From: the human T2T-CHM13v2.0 reference genome, Homo sapiens
Length of the DNA: 64,000 nt
Direction: 5' to 3' (one strand)
Assembly (NCBI RefSeq): GCF_009914755.1
Contig: NC_060930.1
Part shown: positions 1-13,200 of the stretch, one piece after another
Layout: every line of letters begins with the position of its first letter
How positions within the stretch are numbered: position 1 is the stretch's first letter
Notes under the pieces: model-generated
Told to the model about the DNA's origin: nothing
Seen by the model: only the letters and a program-made list of their open reading frames with translations
Database searches by the model: none
Program-made: the position numbers and the translations under genes

Positions 1-357
1 AAATGGTTTCTTATGCGGTGTTTAGAAAGTCCTTGGAAACAGTTCTTATCTCAAACATGTAAGCATGAACCTCCTCTCCTTCATGCCATCCCCGCCGTAT
101 TTTATCTGGGTCTGACAAAAGTGATTTCATCCTCGTATCTGAAATTTTCAAATCATATTATAAATTGTATGTCTGTCTTACCTAGTTTGTGCTTTCTGTC
201 GCACATGATAAAATTCACCCGAATTGTTCATTTTCCTTTTGAATTGGTGGTTTGAATCAATGAATTTCAAGATAACTAGACGTCTTTAATCTTAAAAAAA
301 AAAGTTCTTAGCAACCTTTTCATTTCTGCGAGTTAGTAATGATTTATTTTGCCTTAG

Positions 358-860
358 GAGTGACCCAAAAGAAACTTGCTCAAGGACAGCCTCCTTAAAG
401 CAGACTTCCATATACCCCAACCTGCAAAAGAAGACTTTACGTGAAATGTTACAGCCCATAACAGCTGCAGCCTTGACTATTAAATCTCAAAGGGAATAAA
501 AAAGTCGCCTGACAGTTAAAGCAGAGGACTACACTTGGGGCCAAGAATATGGGCTACTTCATATGGAAGAACTCCAGCAACCGGGAGGTAGCTCATCAGA
601 ACGTTAGGCATTTCTGCTACCAGGAGACACCTGGACCCCGTAAGGCTGTGAGCTGATTCTGGGAACTTTGCCATCAGTGGCTGAGGCCAGAGACCCACAC
701 CAAAGAACAGATCCTGGAATTGCTGGTGCTGGAGCAGTTCTTGACTATCCTGCCAGAGGAGCTCCAAGCCCGGATGTTAGAGCATCAGCCGGAGAACAGA
801 GAGGAAATGGTGATCATATCGGAGGATTTGGAAAGAGAGCTTGATGAAACAGAATATCGG
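358..860 (+). pseudogene. ZSCAN12P1: SCAN-domain pseudo-exon
   Basis: Acceptor ccttag|gagtg at 357/358. Start decayed to ATA (458), TAA at 497, a frameshift near 563, TGA at 654. Remainder reads [53 protein letters not shown]...EDLERELDE. Donor cgg|gtgtga at 860/861. Symbol from recalled gene order. Confidence 0.85.
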
Positions 861-1158
861 GTGTGATTAAAAGGCACATGAACACCCTAGCCAGAGAAAG
901 AAGCAGCCATACATCCAGGGAAGCAAGGTTGCAGAGCTCAATCTCCACTCCCTCCCGCTTGATATGTAAGTCTCTATGTTTCGTACTCTCATCCTTTCTG
1001 GTTAGCTCCTTACTTCTTAAGGGTGGAAGAAGACTGTGTCAGCATTCTTTCTCTATTCTATGCCCTGAGATGTGTTCTCTAAGATGTCTTTTAAAGATAG
1101 TAACTGTGGTTCCATCATTGAGTCTTTCACAAGCCCAGCCATATCTAATTGTTCCCAA

Positions 1159-1300
1159 GTTGCAGCCAGTGCATATGGAATGGGACTGCACTCAGAATAT
1201 CATCATCAAGCAGCACAGGAGCCACCAACTATTCCTTTCCAGCCAATGAAAAGACAGCTTAAATGGGAATATCCAGAATTCCAGGCCATTCATGAGCAAG
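1159..1300 (+). pseudogene. ZSCAN12P1: Post-SCAN linker pseudo-exon of the same pseudogene
   Basis: VAASAYG...AAQEPPTIPFQPMKRQLKWE resembles ZSCAN linker exons. 142 nt, the same as the ZKSCAN8 equivalent. Acceptor appears mutated (cccaa|gtt); donor caag|gtgagc intact. Confidence 0.7.
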
Positions 1301-2110
1301 GTGAGCATCACAGTCCATCTCGAGAGAAAGGGAGTGGTTGAAAGCTCTGCCAGCTACCCAGGCTGAACAGCATCAGGAGCATCTCAGACATAATCCACCA
1401 TGCTGAATCAGATGGAAGGTCCATCTCCTGAAGTACTACATTCCAGCTTATGTGGCACCAACAAGACCTGATGCAGAATGGCGTAATGCTGTCCTCCCTC
1501 ATATCAGCCTCAGCAGGAAGTTGTACACCAGCTTCCGTAATTTCCTTTAAAAAGCTATTCTAGGCCACTGTCATTAAAAAAATACCTTTACTTTTTTGTA
1601 ATATTTTCATAATATATAATTTCATAGCCCAACCTCTACTACACACTTAGTGCTTTCTCTGTAAAGTAGAATTTACTTTTTTGTCTTAAAATTACCTTTT
1701 CTGAATCCCCTGGATCACCTAAATCCATTTTGTACCCTCTTTTCTGTTCCCTTTTAATAGAAGCTACATCATTGACCTGATGTTTTAGACTCATCTAAAC
1801 ATTTTTATTCTTTAGTCCCTGTTGTCTTTAATTCAAACATTACACATAATTCTAAAATATCCCTTAGGTCAGTCATCTTCAGTATTACTTCCTCATTGGA
1901 CCCATTACTTCCAGCTTCAGTATGCTTGAATTTGTCCTGACTCTCAATAGAAACAAATTATTTTTCTCTTACCTGTCACTTTCCGCATGCTATCTTCAGA
2001 CCTTCCACTCACTTTCATCCTCCTCTACTTTTAACACTCATTTTTACTCCCATTGCTCAACACAACTCTCTTCTTGATTGTTCCTTTATTCTGTCTCTTC
2101 CTTTGCTCAG

Positions 2111-2490
2111 TGGTATGGACTGAATGTTTGTGGTCCCACCAACAACCCCTAAACAATTTATACATTGAAGCCCTAACCTCCCATGAGTTGGTATTATAGA
2201 TGGGGCCTTTGAGAGGTAATTAGTTCTTGAGGGCAGGGCCCTGTATGATAGGATTAATGCCCTTTTAAAAGCAGTCACCAGAGAGCTTGATATTTCTCCT
2301 ATGTGCCCGTGAAGGTAAGGTCTTGTGAGCACAACAGCAAAAAGGTGATCATCTGAAAGCCAGAAGGAGAGCCCTCACCAGAAACCAACCATGTTAGTAC
2401 CCTGATCTCAACCTCCAGAACTGTGAGAAAATAAATTTCTCTTATTTAAACCACCAGTATAGTATTTTGTTATGGCAGCCCAACTTAACA
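2111..2490 (+). mobile_element. MaLR solo LTR (MLT1A/MSTD-like)
   Basis: tggtatggactgaatgtttgt start, ggggcctttgagaggtaattag, aataaatttct, gttatggcagccc end. Confidence 0.8.
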
Positions 2491-3360
2491 CCACTTCATG
2501 TCCCAATTCTGTGGCAATAATGTGCATGAGAGGTCTCCTTCCATTTACCAGCTATCTTATTCCTTGCCTACAAGGAATATATTCTTACAGATATCACAAA
2601 CAGGGAAGACAGTTATCTGCATGGGACATAGCTTGCTTGCTTAAAGAAAAGGACAGAAGTTTAGTACTAGTGAAGAACCATTTACATTTTCTAAGGGCCA
2701 TTTTTTCACAGAAAACCATTGTGGGCTCCCAAAAGTACAAGTAACCCAATTTAGTATTTTATTCAAAGTGAAACATACACTTAGGAATAGAATTCATGAA
2801 AAATTTTACAAATATAAGATGCATACTCCATTCACAGTGGCTATATCCTAGAAAATCCCTAAGTATTACTCTGTACTATATTTTTTTCCTTAATTTGGGG
2901 AAACTTTAGTTACTGAGATTATACCCTTGAGATACGGAGATCTTTATGATTCAAGACGCAGACTTAACTAGCCTAGTTTTCCTTTTCTTTATTCTGGCTC
3001 CGCATCTTCCAAATGAGTCTAGTTGGAAACTCTTACCCCTTAGTTTCCTCCCAGTCAGCACCAGTTTAGGGGAGTTAAGGAATTATTTTTCATTTCCAGC
3101 TCTGGCTCTAAATAATGTGTCTCCAGCAGTGAAATGTAGGCCAAGATAGCTCTCTGATATGTAGCTCCTATAAAGGAACCCACTTCTCAGAAGCATTGGA
3201 AAAGGCAAATTATGAAGGTTCATAATACAATATAATAAAAATTCTTTAGTCATCCACTATTACAGATACTAAGCCAAATTTTAAATTCATACTGTATAAC
3301 AAATTTGAATTTAGAAATAATTCCTCTTTATTCTTTTCATTTCAACCCAAGGTTACTTAC

Positions 3361-3782
3361 TGATATAGTTCAGATATGTGTCTCCACTCAAATCTCATGT
3401 TGAATTGTAATCCCCAATATTGGAGATAGGGCCTGGTGGGAGGTGACTGGATCATGGAAGTGGATCCTTCATGAATGGTTTAGCACCACCTTCTTGGTAC
3501 TGTTCTCCTGATACTGAATTCTTGTGTGATCTCGTTGTTTACAAGTGTGTGGCATCTCTCCCTTCTCTCTCTTGCTCTTGCTCCTGCCATGTAAGAATCC
3601 TGCTCTCCCTCTGCCTTCTGCCATAATTGTAAGTTTTCTGAGGCCTCCTCAGAAGCCAAGCAGATACCAGCATCATGCTTCCTGTACAGCCTACAGAACC
3701 ATGAGCCAAGTAAACCTCTTTTCTTTATAAATTACCCAGTCTCAAGTATTTCTTTATAGAAATGTGAGAATGAACTAATACA
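3361..3782 (+). mobile_element. MaLR solo LTR (MSTA/MSTB-like)
   Basis: tgatatagtt...aaatctcatgttgaattgtaatcccc...gaactaataca; 5-bp TSD cttac/ctaac. Confidence 0.88.
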
Positions 3783-4169
3783 CTAACTCTCAAACATAAC
3801 TTTTTATGTATCCACATCATTTCCTAAAATTTTGTAGAAATCTTAAAATATTATATTTTAATCCCATCTTTCCCATCTGAAAGCACTGACATTCCACATT
3901 TTTTCAAGAAAAAATATTTGGTTAGAAACACCGTCAAGTTTGTCTTCTGAGTGTGTACATTTTATAAAGAAAATAAAAAACCTTTTATAATATAAACCCT
4001 GGGAAAAGATTTTGGTCCATAGCCTAGAAACACATTTGTAATATGTTGCTTAAGTGAAATTCATGACATTTTAGCATGTATTTTATTCTTGTTTACTTCT
4101 TTACTGATATGTCATACACTCTTTTTGTTCTAACATTTTGATTTGGCAGAGCCAATACCCACCTATACT

Positions 4170-4345
4170 ACAACTTTCTTATGCCAGCACAAGAATGCTA
4201 TATTCAAAATGCTTTCCATGTATTACCTTCTTTTATCCTCAGATATCCTTGGCAGATAGTAGGGCAGATATTACCCTCATCTTATTGAAGAATATTCTGG
4301 GTATAAGGAAGTCAAATAACTTGTCAACAGTTACAAGGTTATGAG
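4170..4345 (-). mobile_element. MIR fragment
   Basis: Degenerate MIR core (attaccctcatctt...aaataacttgtcaacagttaca). Confidence 0.55.
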
Positions 4346-4463
4346 GTAAAGAAGCAATAATCTCCAAAGCTACAGCTATTCATACAAAGACAATACATAA
4401 ACCCTTACATTATAAGTGTCTAGTGCACTGCAAAGAAGACTTATGAGTGTTTAGCTAGAAGAC

Positions 4464-4998
4464 TGAAGGAATTCAGGAAATGCCACTCCAAAATATGCCA
4501 ATTTGGTATATGGGTTAATTCTAGCCAAAGGCACTTGAAAAACAACAAATGTAAGGAGAAGCTTTCTCTGAACTCCCCCTATCTGCCTAAAGACAGATCC
4601 TCTAAAAGGAGCTCAGTTGTCATCAATCCCCTCCCTGGGAATTTCATCAACCGGGGAAGATTAACTCTATCACAGGAGAAGAGGCTAGAAGTTGACACCA
4701 CACCTAGACAAACTTCTTCAAAAACTATTATCTCTTCTTCTGAGGACCCAATAATCTTTCCCAAAAATTATTTCTCCCCTAAATTGCCTATATCTCACCT
4801 CCTCTCCCCTGTGAAGTAGAGATGTAAACTCCTGAATCTCACTGGTTGTTTAGGTGTATGCTTTCTTTTCTGTACTGCCCTCATGCACATAATAAAATTG
4901 TATATCTTTTCTCATGTTAATCTGCCTGTTGTCAGCTTCTGTCATAGACTCAGTTATCAAATCCTCAGAGGGTAGAGGGAAAGTCTTTTCACCTTACA
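4464..4998 (+). mobile_element. ERV1 solo LTR (MER34-like)
   Basis: TG...CA ends, gccactccaaaatatgcc motif, AATAAA near 4892, 4-bp TSD agac/agat. Confidence 0.8.
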
Positions 4999-5099
4999 AG
5001 ATATTTTGAAGGATCACCTCCATATGAGGACCATCAAGTCAGGAAGAATGTGCCATGTAAGAAGGAAATGATCTTGGAGCTTTCTTTGTGCTCCTTCTG

Positions 5100-5545
5100 A
5101 TAGCATCCTTTCCCAAAATGCATTATCCATTGAGAAAGGCCTGAATTCTTAGCAAAATTGGCCCCTATATTTATTCCATTATTAGGGTTTCTTATCTACA
5201 TGGAAGTTTGATGCCTTATCAGAGCTGAGCTCACCTGAAAACTTCTCTTACATTCATTGCATTCATAGTTTCTCGACTGTGTGAAGTCTCTGGTACTGAA
5301 TAAGCCCGGCACTTTCATTTAAAGCTTTCCCACATTAAGCTTTCCCACATTCTTTACATTTATAGGACCTCACTTCGACGTAGATTTTCAGGATGAGAGT
5401 GTTGAGTAATTACACTTACTAGAATGATAAAGTTTCTCCCAAGAATGAGTTATCTGATACCCAGTTAAGTTGGAAACACTAAATAAAGATTTTCCCATTC
5501 ACTATAATTATAAGATTTTCCCACTCACTATAATTATAAGTTCCA
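5100..5545 (-). pseudogene. Fossil C2H2 zinc-finger array, ZSCAN16-like
   Basis: Reverse complement reads, with frameshifts, YNYSE-GKIFI*CSNLTGYQITHSWEKL / ...EVRS / [27 protein letters not shown] / [20 protein letters not shown] / ..NSGLSQ. Confidence 0.8.
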
Positions 5546-5644
5546 GGCAAAATTATCCCCACAATTACCACTCGTATGTTTAAAGGCTTCTCTGCAATTG
5601 TCCTCCTTGTCAGGTTCCCCATTGAGTCTGCTAGATCTGCACGC

Positions 5645-6070
5645 CTGGCCTCAAAGATGTGTGACCTATGCAGTCACACAGGCCACAGGGCCCAGTATTC
5701 ACAAGGGTACTATGTTTAGAGGGCCCTGAGCACAGTTTAGTGCTATGTTGTCACAGTCTTGAAACTCTTAATTTTACCTTTGAACTTGTGTTTTGTAAGT
5801 GAGGTAAGCAGAAAAATAGAGCATGCACATGAGCAGAGGCTCTCCATGCAATACGTGTTATCTGTGGTTTCTTGCTGCTCCATTCATGTATGACATTTGT
5901 GATCCTCCATGAGCATGGAATTCTGGTGGGTCAACAATGCATCGCAGTTCAGCGAGACTGAAAATGAGTACGAGGAAAGTATTTGAGTAAGCTGGGACAC
6001 TGACACCCTGGAGAGATCATGCTTTCTGCTGGAACCAGAACTTGCTTTTAAGTCAGAAATCTGTCAATGG
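5645..6070. mobile_element. hAT-Tip100 DNA transposon fragment (Zaphod/MER91-like)
   Basis: gtcttgaaactcttaatt...tttgaacttgtgttttgtaagtga and gaaccagaacttgct match the recalled Zaphod consensus. Confidence 0.65.
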
Positions 6071-6092
6071 CAGGGTCTGAAAAACTGGAGTA

Positions 6093-7060
<968 letters not shown>

Positions 7061-7065
7061 TACTC

Positions 7066-7134
7066 GGGATCAGCACAATGGCTTACACCTGTAATCCCGG
7101 CACTTTGGGAGGCCAAGACAATAGGATCACTTGC
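7066..7134 (+). mobile_element. Alu left-arm fragment fused to L1
   Basis: tggcttacacctgtaatcccggcactttgggaggccaag...ggatcacttg, truncated. Confidence 0.8.
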
Positions 7135-10100
7135 TGGCCTGAGCCCCTACGGGGAGGGGTGGCTGAAGTCTCCACAGACCAGAAGATGTAGACTTTCCTC
7201 CTGCTAGTTCTGAAGAATCCAGGCAGACCAAACAAGTGGGCTTCCCCACAGAGAAGCTCACCCCCTCCACCAAGAGACAGTCAAAGTGCTTCGTTTAATG
7301 GGTCCTGTTCCCTGTGCCACCCAACTGGGTAAGACCCTGCAAGAGGGGTAGTCAGACACCCTATACAGGAGTGTTCCTATTGGTATCAGTTCGGTGCTCC
7401 TTGAGGTCAGAGATCCCAGAGGAAGGAGCAGACACCTATCTTGTGCTCTCCAGCCTCCTTGAGTAACATCTCACCCTCTGTGGGCTGCACCCACTGTCTA
7501 ACCAGACCCAATGAGATGAACCAGGTACCTCAGTTGGAAAGGCAGAAATCACTCACCTTCTCTGTTGGTCTCACTGTGAGCTGCAGTGAACCAGGCGAAT
7601 AGGGCCTGAAGTGAACCCCCAGCAAACTGCAGCAGCCCTACAGAACAGGGACCTGACCATTGCAAGAAAAACAAATAGAAAGCAACAACAACAGCATCAA
7701 CAACAAAAAGAAAACTCCCCACAAAATCCCATCCAAGGGTCAGCAGCCTCAAAGGTCGATACTAGACAAATTCATGAGGATGAGAAAGAATCAATGAAAA
7801 AATGCTGAAAACCCAAAAGGCCAGAGTGCCTCTTCTCTTCCAAATGATTGCAGTGCCTCTCCAGTAAGGGCACAGAACTGGACAGAGGATGAGATGGACA
7901 AATTGACAGAAGTTGGCTTCAGAAGGTGGCTAATAACAAACTCTGCTGAGCTAAAGGAGCATGTTCTAACCCAATGCAAAGAAGGTAAGAACATGATAAA
8001 AATATACAGGTGCTGCTAACTGGAATAACCAATTTAGACGGAAACATAAATGACCTGACGGAGCTCACAGCATGAGAAGTTTGTGAAGCATACGCAAGTA
8101 TCAATAGCCAAATCAACAAGCAGAAGAAAGGATATCAAAGTTTGAAGACTCTCTTGCTGAAATAAGGCATGCAGACAAGATTAGAGAAAAATAATGAAAA
8201 GGAATGAACAAAACCTCCGAGAAATATGGGACTATGTAAAAAGATCAAACCTACGATTGATTGGAGTATCTGAAAATGATAGGAAGATCGGAACCAAGTT
8301 GGAAAACACACTTCAGGATATCATCCAGGAGAACTTCCCCAACCTAGCAAGACAGGCCAACATTCAAATTCAGGAAATACAGAGGACACCACTAAGATAC
8401 CTGACGAGAAGATCAACCCCAAGACACAAAATCATCAGATTCTCCAAGGTAGAAATAAAGGAAAAAAATGTTAAGGGCAGCCAGAGAGAAAGGCCAGGTC
8501 ATCTACAAAGGGAAGCTCATCACACTAACAGCAGACCTCATTCAGGAGAAAGTTGTTCAATTTCCATGAGTTGTGTGGTTTTGAGTGGGTTTCTTAATCC
8601 TGAGTTCTAATTTGATTGCACTGTGGTCTGAGAGACTGTTATTATTTCAGTTCTTTTGCATTTGCTAAAGAGTGTTTTTCTTCCAATTATGTGGTCGATT
8701 TTAGAATAAGTGCCATGTGGCACTAAGAAGAATGTATATTCTGTCAATTTGGGGTAGAGAGTTCTGTAGATGTCTCTTAGGTCCACTTGATCCAGAGCTG
8801 AGTTCAAGTCCCAAACATCCCTAATTAACATCGATGCAAAAGTCCTCAATAAAATACTGGCAAGCCAGATCCAACAGCACATCAAAAAGGTTATCCACTC
8901 TGATCAAGTTGGCTTCATCTCTAGGATGCAAGGCTGGTTCAACATATGTAAATCAATAAACATAATCCTTCACATAAACAGAACCAATGACAAAAAGCAC
9001 ATGATCATCTCAATAGATGCAGAAAAGTCCTTTGATAAAATTCATCTCTTCATGTTAAAAACTCTCAATAAACTAGGTATTGATGGAATATATCGCAAAT
9101 AATAAGAGCTATTTATGACAAACTCACAGCCAATATCATACTAAATGGTCAAAATCTGGAAGCATTCACTTTGAAAACTGGCACAAAACAAAGATGCCCT
9201 CTCCCACCACTCCTATTCAACATAGTATTGGAAGTTCTGACCAGAGCAATCAGGCAAGAGAAAGAAATAAATGGTATTCAAATAAAAAGAGAGGAAGTCA
9301 AATTGCCTCTGTTTGCAGATTGACATGATTGTATATTTAGAAAACCCCATCATCTCAGCCCCAAAACTCCTTAAGCAGATAAGCAACTTCAGCAAAGTCT
9401 CAAGACACAAAATCAATGTGCAAAAATCACAAGCATTCCTATACACCAATAATAGACAGAGAGCCAAATCATGAATGAATTCCCATTCACAATTGCTAAA
9501 AGTAGAATAAAATACCTAGGAAAACAGCTGACAAGGGATGTGAAGGACCTCTTCAAGGAGAACTATAAACCACTGCTCAAGAAAATAAGAGAGGACACAA
9601 AGAAATGAAAAAAAAAATTTCCTCCTCATAGATAGAAAGAATCAATATGTGAAAATGGCCATACTGCCCAAAGTGATTTATAGATTCAATGATATTCCCA
9701 TCAAACTACCACTGACATTCTTCACAGAATTAGAAAAAACTACTTTAAATTTAATATGGAAACACAAAAGAGCCCATATAACCAAGAAAATCCTAAGCAA
9801 AAAGAACAAAGCTGGAGGTATCATGCCTACCTGACTTCAAACTATATACTACAAGGCTACAGTAACCAAAACAACATGGTACTGGTACCAAAACAGACAT
9901 ATAGACCAATGGAACAACACAGAGACCTCAGAAACAACACCACACATCTACAGCCATCTGATCTTTGACAAACCTGACAAAAACAAGCAATGGGGAAAGG
10001 ATTCCCTATTCAATAAATGGTGCTGGGAAAACTGGCTAGCCATATGCAGAAAACTGAAACTGGGCCCCTTCCTTACACCTTGTACAAAAATTAACTCAAG

Positions 10101-11265
10101 ATGGATTAAAGACTTAAGTGTAAAACCCAAAACCATAAAAACACTAGAAGAAAACCTAGGCAATACCATTCAGGACATAGGCATGAGCAAAGACTTCATG
10201 ATGAAAACTCCAAAAGCAATTGCAACGAAAGCCAAAATTGACAAATGGGATCTAATTAAACTAAAGAGCTTCTGCACAGCAAAAGAAACTATCATCAGCG
10301 TGAACAGGCAACGTACAGAATGGGAGAAAATGTCTGCAATCTACCCATCTGACAGAGGTCTAATATCCAGAATCTACAAGGAAGTTAAACAAATGTACAA
10401 GGAAAAAACAACCCCATCAAAAAGTGGGCGAAGGATATGAACAGACACTTCTCAAAAGAAGACATTTATGTGGCCAACAAACATAAGACAAAAAGGTTCA
10501 ACATCACTAATCATTAGAGAAATGCAAATCAAAACCACAATGAGATAGCATTTCATGCCAGTCAAAATGGCGATTATTAAAAAGTCAAGAAACAACAGAT
10601 GCTGGCGAGGCTGTAGAGAAATAGGAACGCTTTTTACACGTGGGAAGGTAAATTAGTTCAACTGCTGTGGAAGACAGTGTGGTGATTCTTCAAATATCCA
10701 GAACCAGAAATACTTATTGACCCAGCAATCCCATTACTGGGTATATACCCAAAGGAATATAAATCATTCTACTATAAGGACACATGCACACATCTGTCTA
10801 TTGCAACACTATTTACAATAGCAAAGACATGGAACCAACCCAAATGCTCATCAATGATAGACTGGATAAAGAAAATGTGGCACATAGATACAGTGGAATA
10901 CTATGCAGCCATGAAAAGAAATGAGATCATGTCCTTTATGCAGGGACATGGATGAAGCTGGAAGCCATCATCTTCAGCAAACTAACACAGGAACAGAAAA
11001 ACAAATACTGCATGTTCTCACTCAGAAGTGGGAGTTGAACAATGAGAACACATGGACACAGAGGAGAGCATTACACATGGGGGCTTGTCAGGGGATGGGG
11101 GCAAGGGGAGGGATAGCATTTGGACAAATAGCTAATGCATGCGGGCCTAAAACCTAGATGACGAGTTGATAGGTGCCGCAAACCACCGTGACACACACAC
11201 ATCTTTGTAACAAACCTACATGTTCTGCACTTGTATCCCGGAATTTAAAGTAAAATTTTTTAAAA
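7135..11265 (+). mobile_element. Rearranged, defective L1 (L1PA7/8-era)
   Basis: 5'UTR part, ORF1 fragment (MKRNEQNLREIWDYVKR), ORF2 RT and C-terminal fragments ([20 protein letters not shown]), 3'UTR. Inverted blocks at ~7472-7586 and ~8540-8812; many stops. Confidence 0.95.
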
Positions 11266-11269
11266 AATG

Positions 11270-12540
11270 GTTGCTTTAAAGTGAAAGGATTAAAAAGAAT
11301 AATAAACTGAGTGGATGCAGGAATTTGGGGAAAGAGAATAGGAAAAATTGTAAAAGGTTATACAAAGTTTGTGGAAATCTTATCTTGCATGGTCAAAGCT
11401 GATGAGAATAGATGGATCTGTTTATAAGGTATTATTAAAATTAGGTTTAATATTAACAATGCACTGATACAAAGTAGAATTTTATTTTCTTGCTTGAACA
11501 ATATAGTATTAATAAGAGATATAAGACTAGTGTTCATCTTTTGAATAAACTGTTAAAAATTTAAAAAGGAGAGAGAGAGACAGATTCTTGTTTGAAAAAC
11601 TGAATCTCCTCTCTTTCAAAGAGTAAAGGTTTACGCTTTTTGAAATATTTCAATTATCACTTTGGCTAAATAAATGATTATTATGACCTGTGATCTTAGT
11701 TTTGATATCAAAGGTTTTAAGACTTTGATATTTGACATAATTCCCAAAATCAAATTTCAAATTCTAAAATTAAGTATTTTCTATAAGGAATGCCTGATAG
11801 TCCAAGAGAGACATATTAGGCTTATTTGGTTAAAATCACACAGGAAACACTGTCAAATAAGAAATGGCATTTAACTTTTGTTGATTAGAAGATGTGGGAA
11901 AAGGCAAAAAAAAAAAAAAACCCAAAACTTTCAGTCACATTTGTATAAATGTGTTATTAACATGTGTTCCGAAATTGTATATTCCTAAATTCTGATGTGT
12001 CTTGGTATATGTTATCAGTCATAATTATGATTATGGCAAATTTTGTAGGCTACAGAAATAACCAGATTTTCTTGTTAATTGTGTGTTTAACCATGGCTAC
12101 TCTAAGCCTTTTGCCATCCACAGACAATTATTGTCTTACTTTACTTCTCAAAAAGTGATTTACAATTCGCTACAGTCTAAAATTTTATTTTCCTTAAAGG
12201 AAATTCATGGAAAGGACACTGCCAAGTACTCTTGAATGCAGGTTTCTGATAACTTTGGAAATCACACCACTGGACTAGCTAAAAACTTCCAGAACTCTTA
12301 AAAAAAAAAAAACTGATGGATTCATGAAGATTACTAACCCAACATCAAGCAGAACAAGAATTAATAACATGGGCCTAACCTAATAGAGGACTGCATTTAT
12401 CTTTTATGACTTTTTGTTTGAAACAATTCTGATTCTTTCTACATTTGTTTTCCAGAGTCAAGAAAAAATTCATTTTTATTTTGAGCCATTTATGGTTACA
12501 GTGATTGGGAAAAGTGTACTTTTGTGAGAAAACTGAAACT
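11270..12540 (+). mobile_element. ERV1 internal segment (MER4-group)
   Basis: tttggctaaat...gacctgtgatc...tttgatatttgac...cccaaaatcaaatt matches recalled MER4-group internal sequence. Confidence 0.6.
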
Positions 12541-12544
12541 CCAG

Positions 12545-13200
12545 GTCGGTGGACAGAAATGAAGTCTGGGGAGGTTCCCGCCTGCCGACCTGAGCGGGGA
12601 GGACTGACGGACTCAACGCTGCGAAGCTGGAACTCAAACCCTTTCTTTCGGATGAGACAAGTTGTGAAACAAAACCCCATGCCCAAGTGACCCCATTTGG
12701 AGACTCCGCGGCGCGCACTGGGGACCCCACACGCTGCACACCTCTCTGAAGCCGCTGGAAGCTGGGGCGCAAGGCCGGAAGGGGTTCGCAGACGCACTTC
12801 CGCCAGCGGCCAGGCAGGGCGCAGAGGAGCTAGTTAGAGCTGGGCTGGAGCTGCCACCCAGCCCAGGTAGTAAGACTGGCAGGAAGAGAGCAGGACGCCG
12901 CCGCCCGAGTCCCCCAGCTCAGCCAGGTGCGGGCGGGAGGAGCCCCGTCCTTGCTTAGCCCCGCGCTGGAAGCGCCGTCCGAGACACTGCACGGGGCAGA
13001 CTGGTGGGTGTCCCGGCCCTGGCACCGCGGGGTTGCCCTAGCCAACCGGAGCCCAGCTCCCCCACGCGGGCCGGACGTTTCCCCAGACGTTGCGAAGTCC
13101 GACTCTGGTTCACAGATGCCGACCTGGTCGGTCTATGCGGACCACCCTTTTCTCCAACGTGACCGCCGACTATTGGAAGTTTTTTGTGATCTGTCAGGCC
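12545..13200 (+). promoter_or_regulatory. CpG island; probable promoter and exon 1 of the SCAN-KRAB-ZNF pseudogene
   Basis: High GC and CpG; opposed ETS cores CCGGAAG (12775) and CACTTCCG (12795); candidate donor ccag|gtagta near 12866. Confidence 0.75.

Noticed and set aside
8194-10440. ORF1p and reverse-transcriptase ORF fragments as an active or novel RT system
   Set aside because: Ordinary decayed LINE-1 with stops, frameshifts and large deletions.
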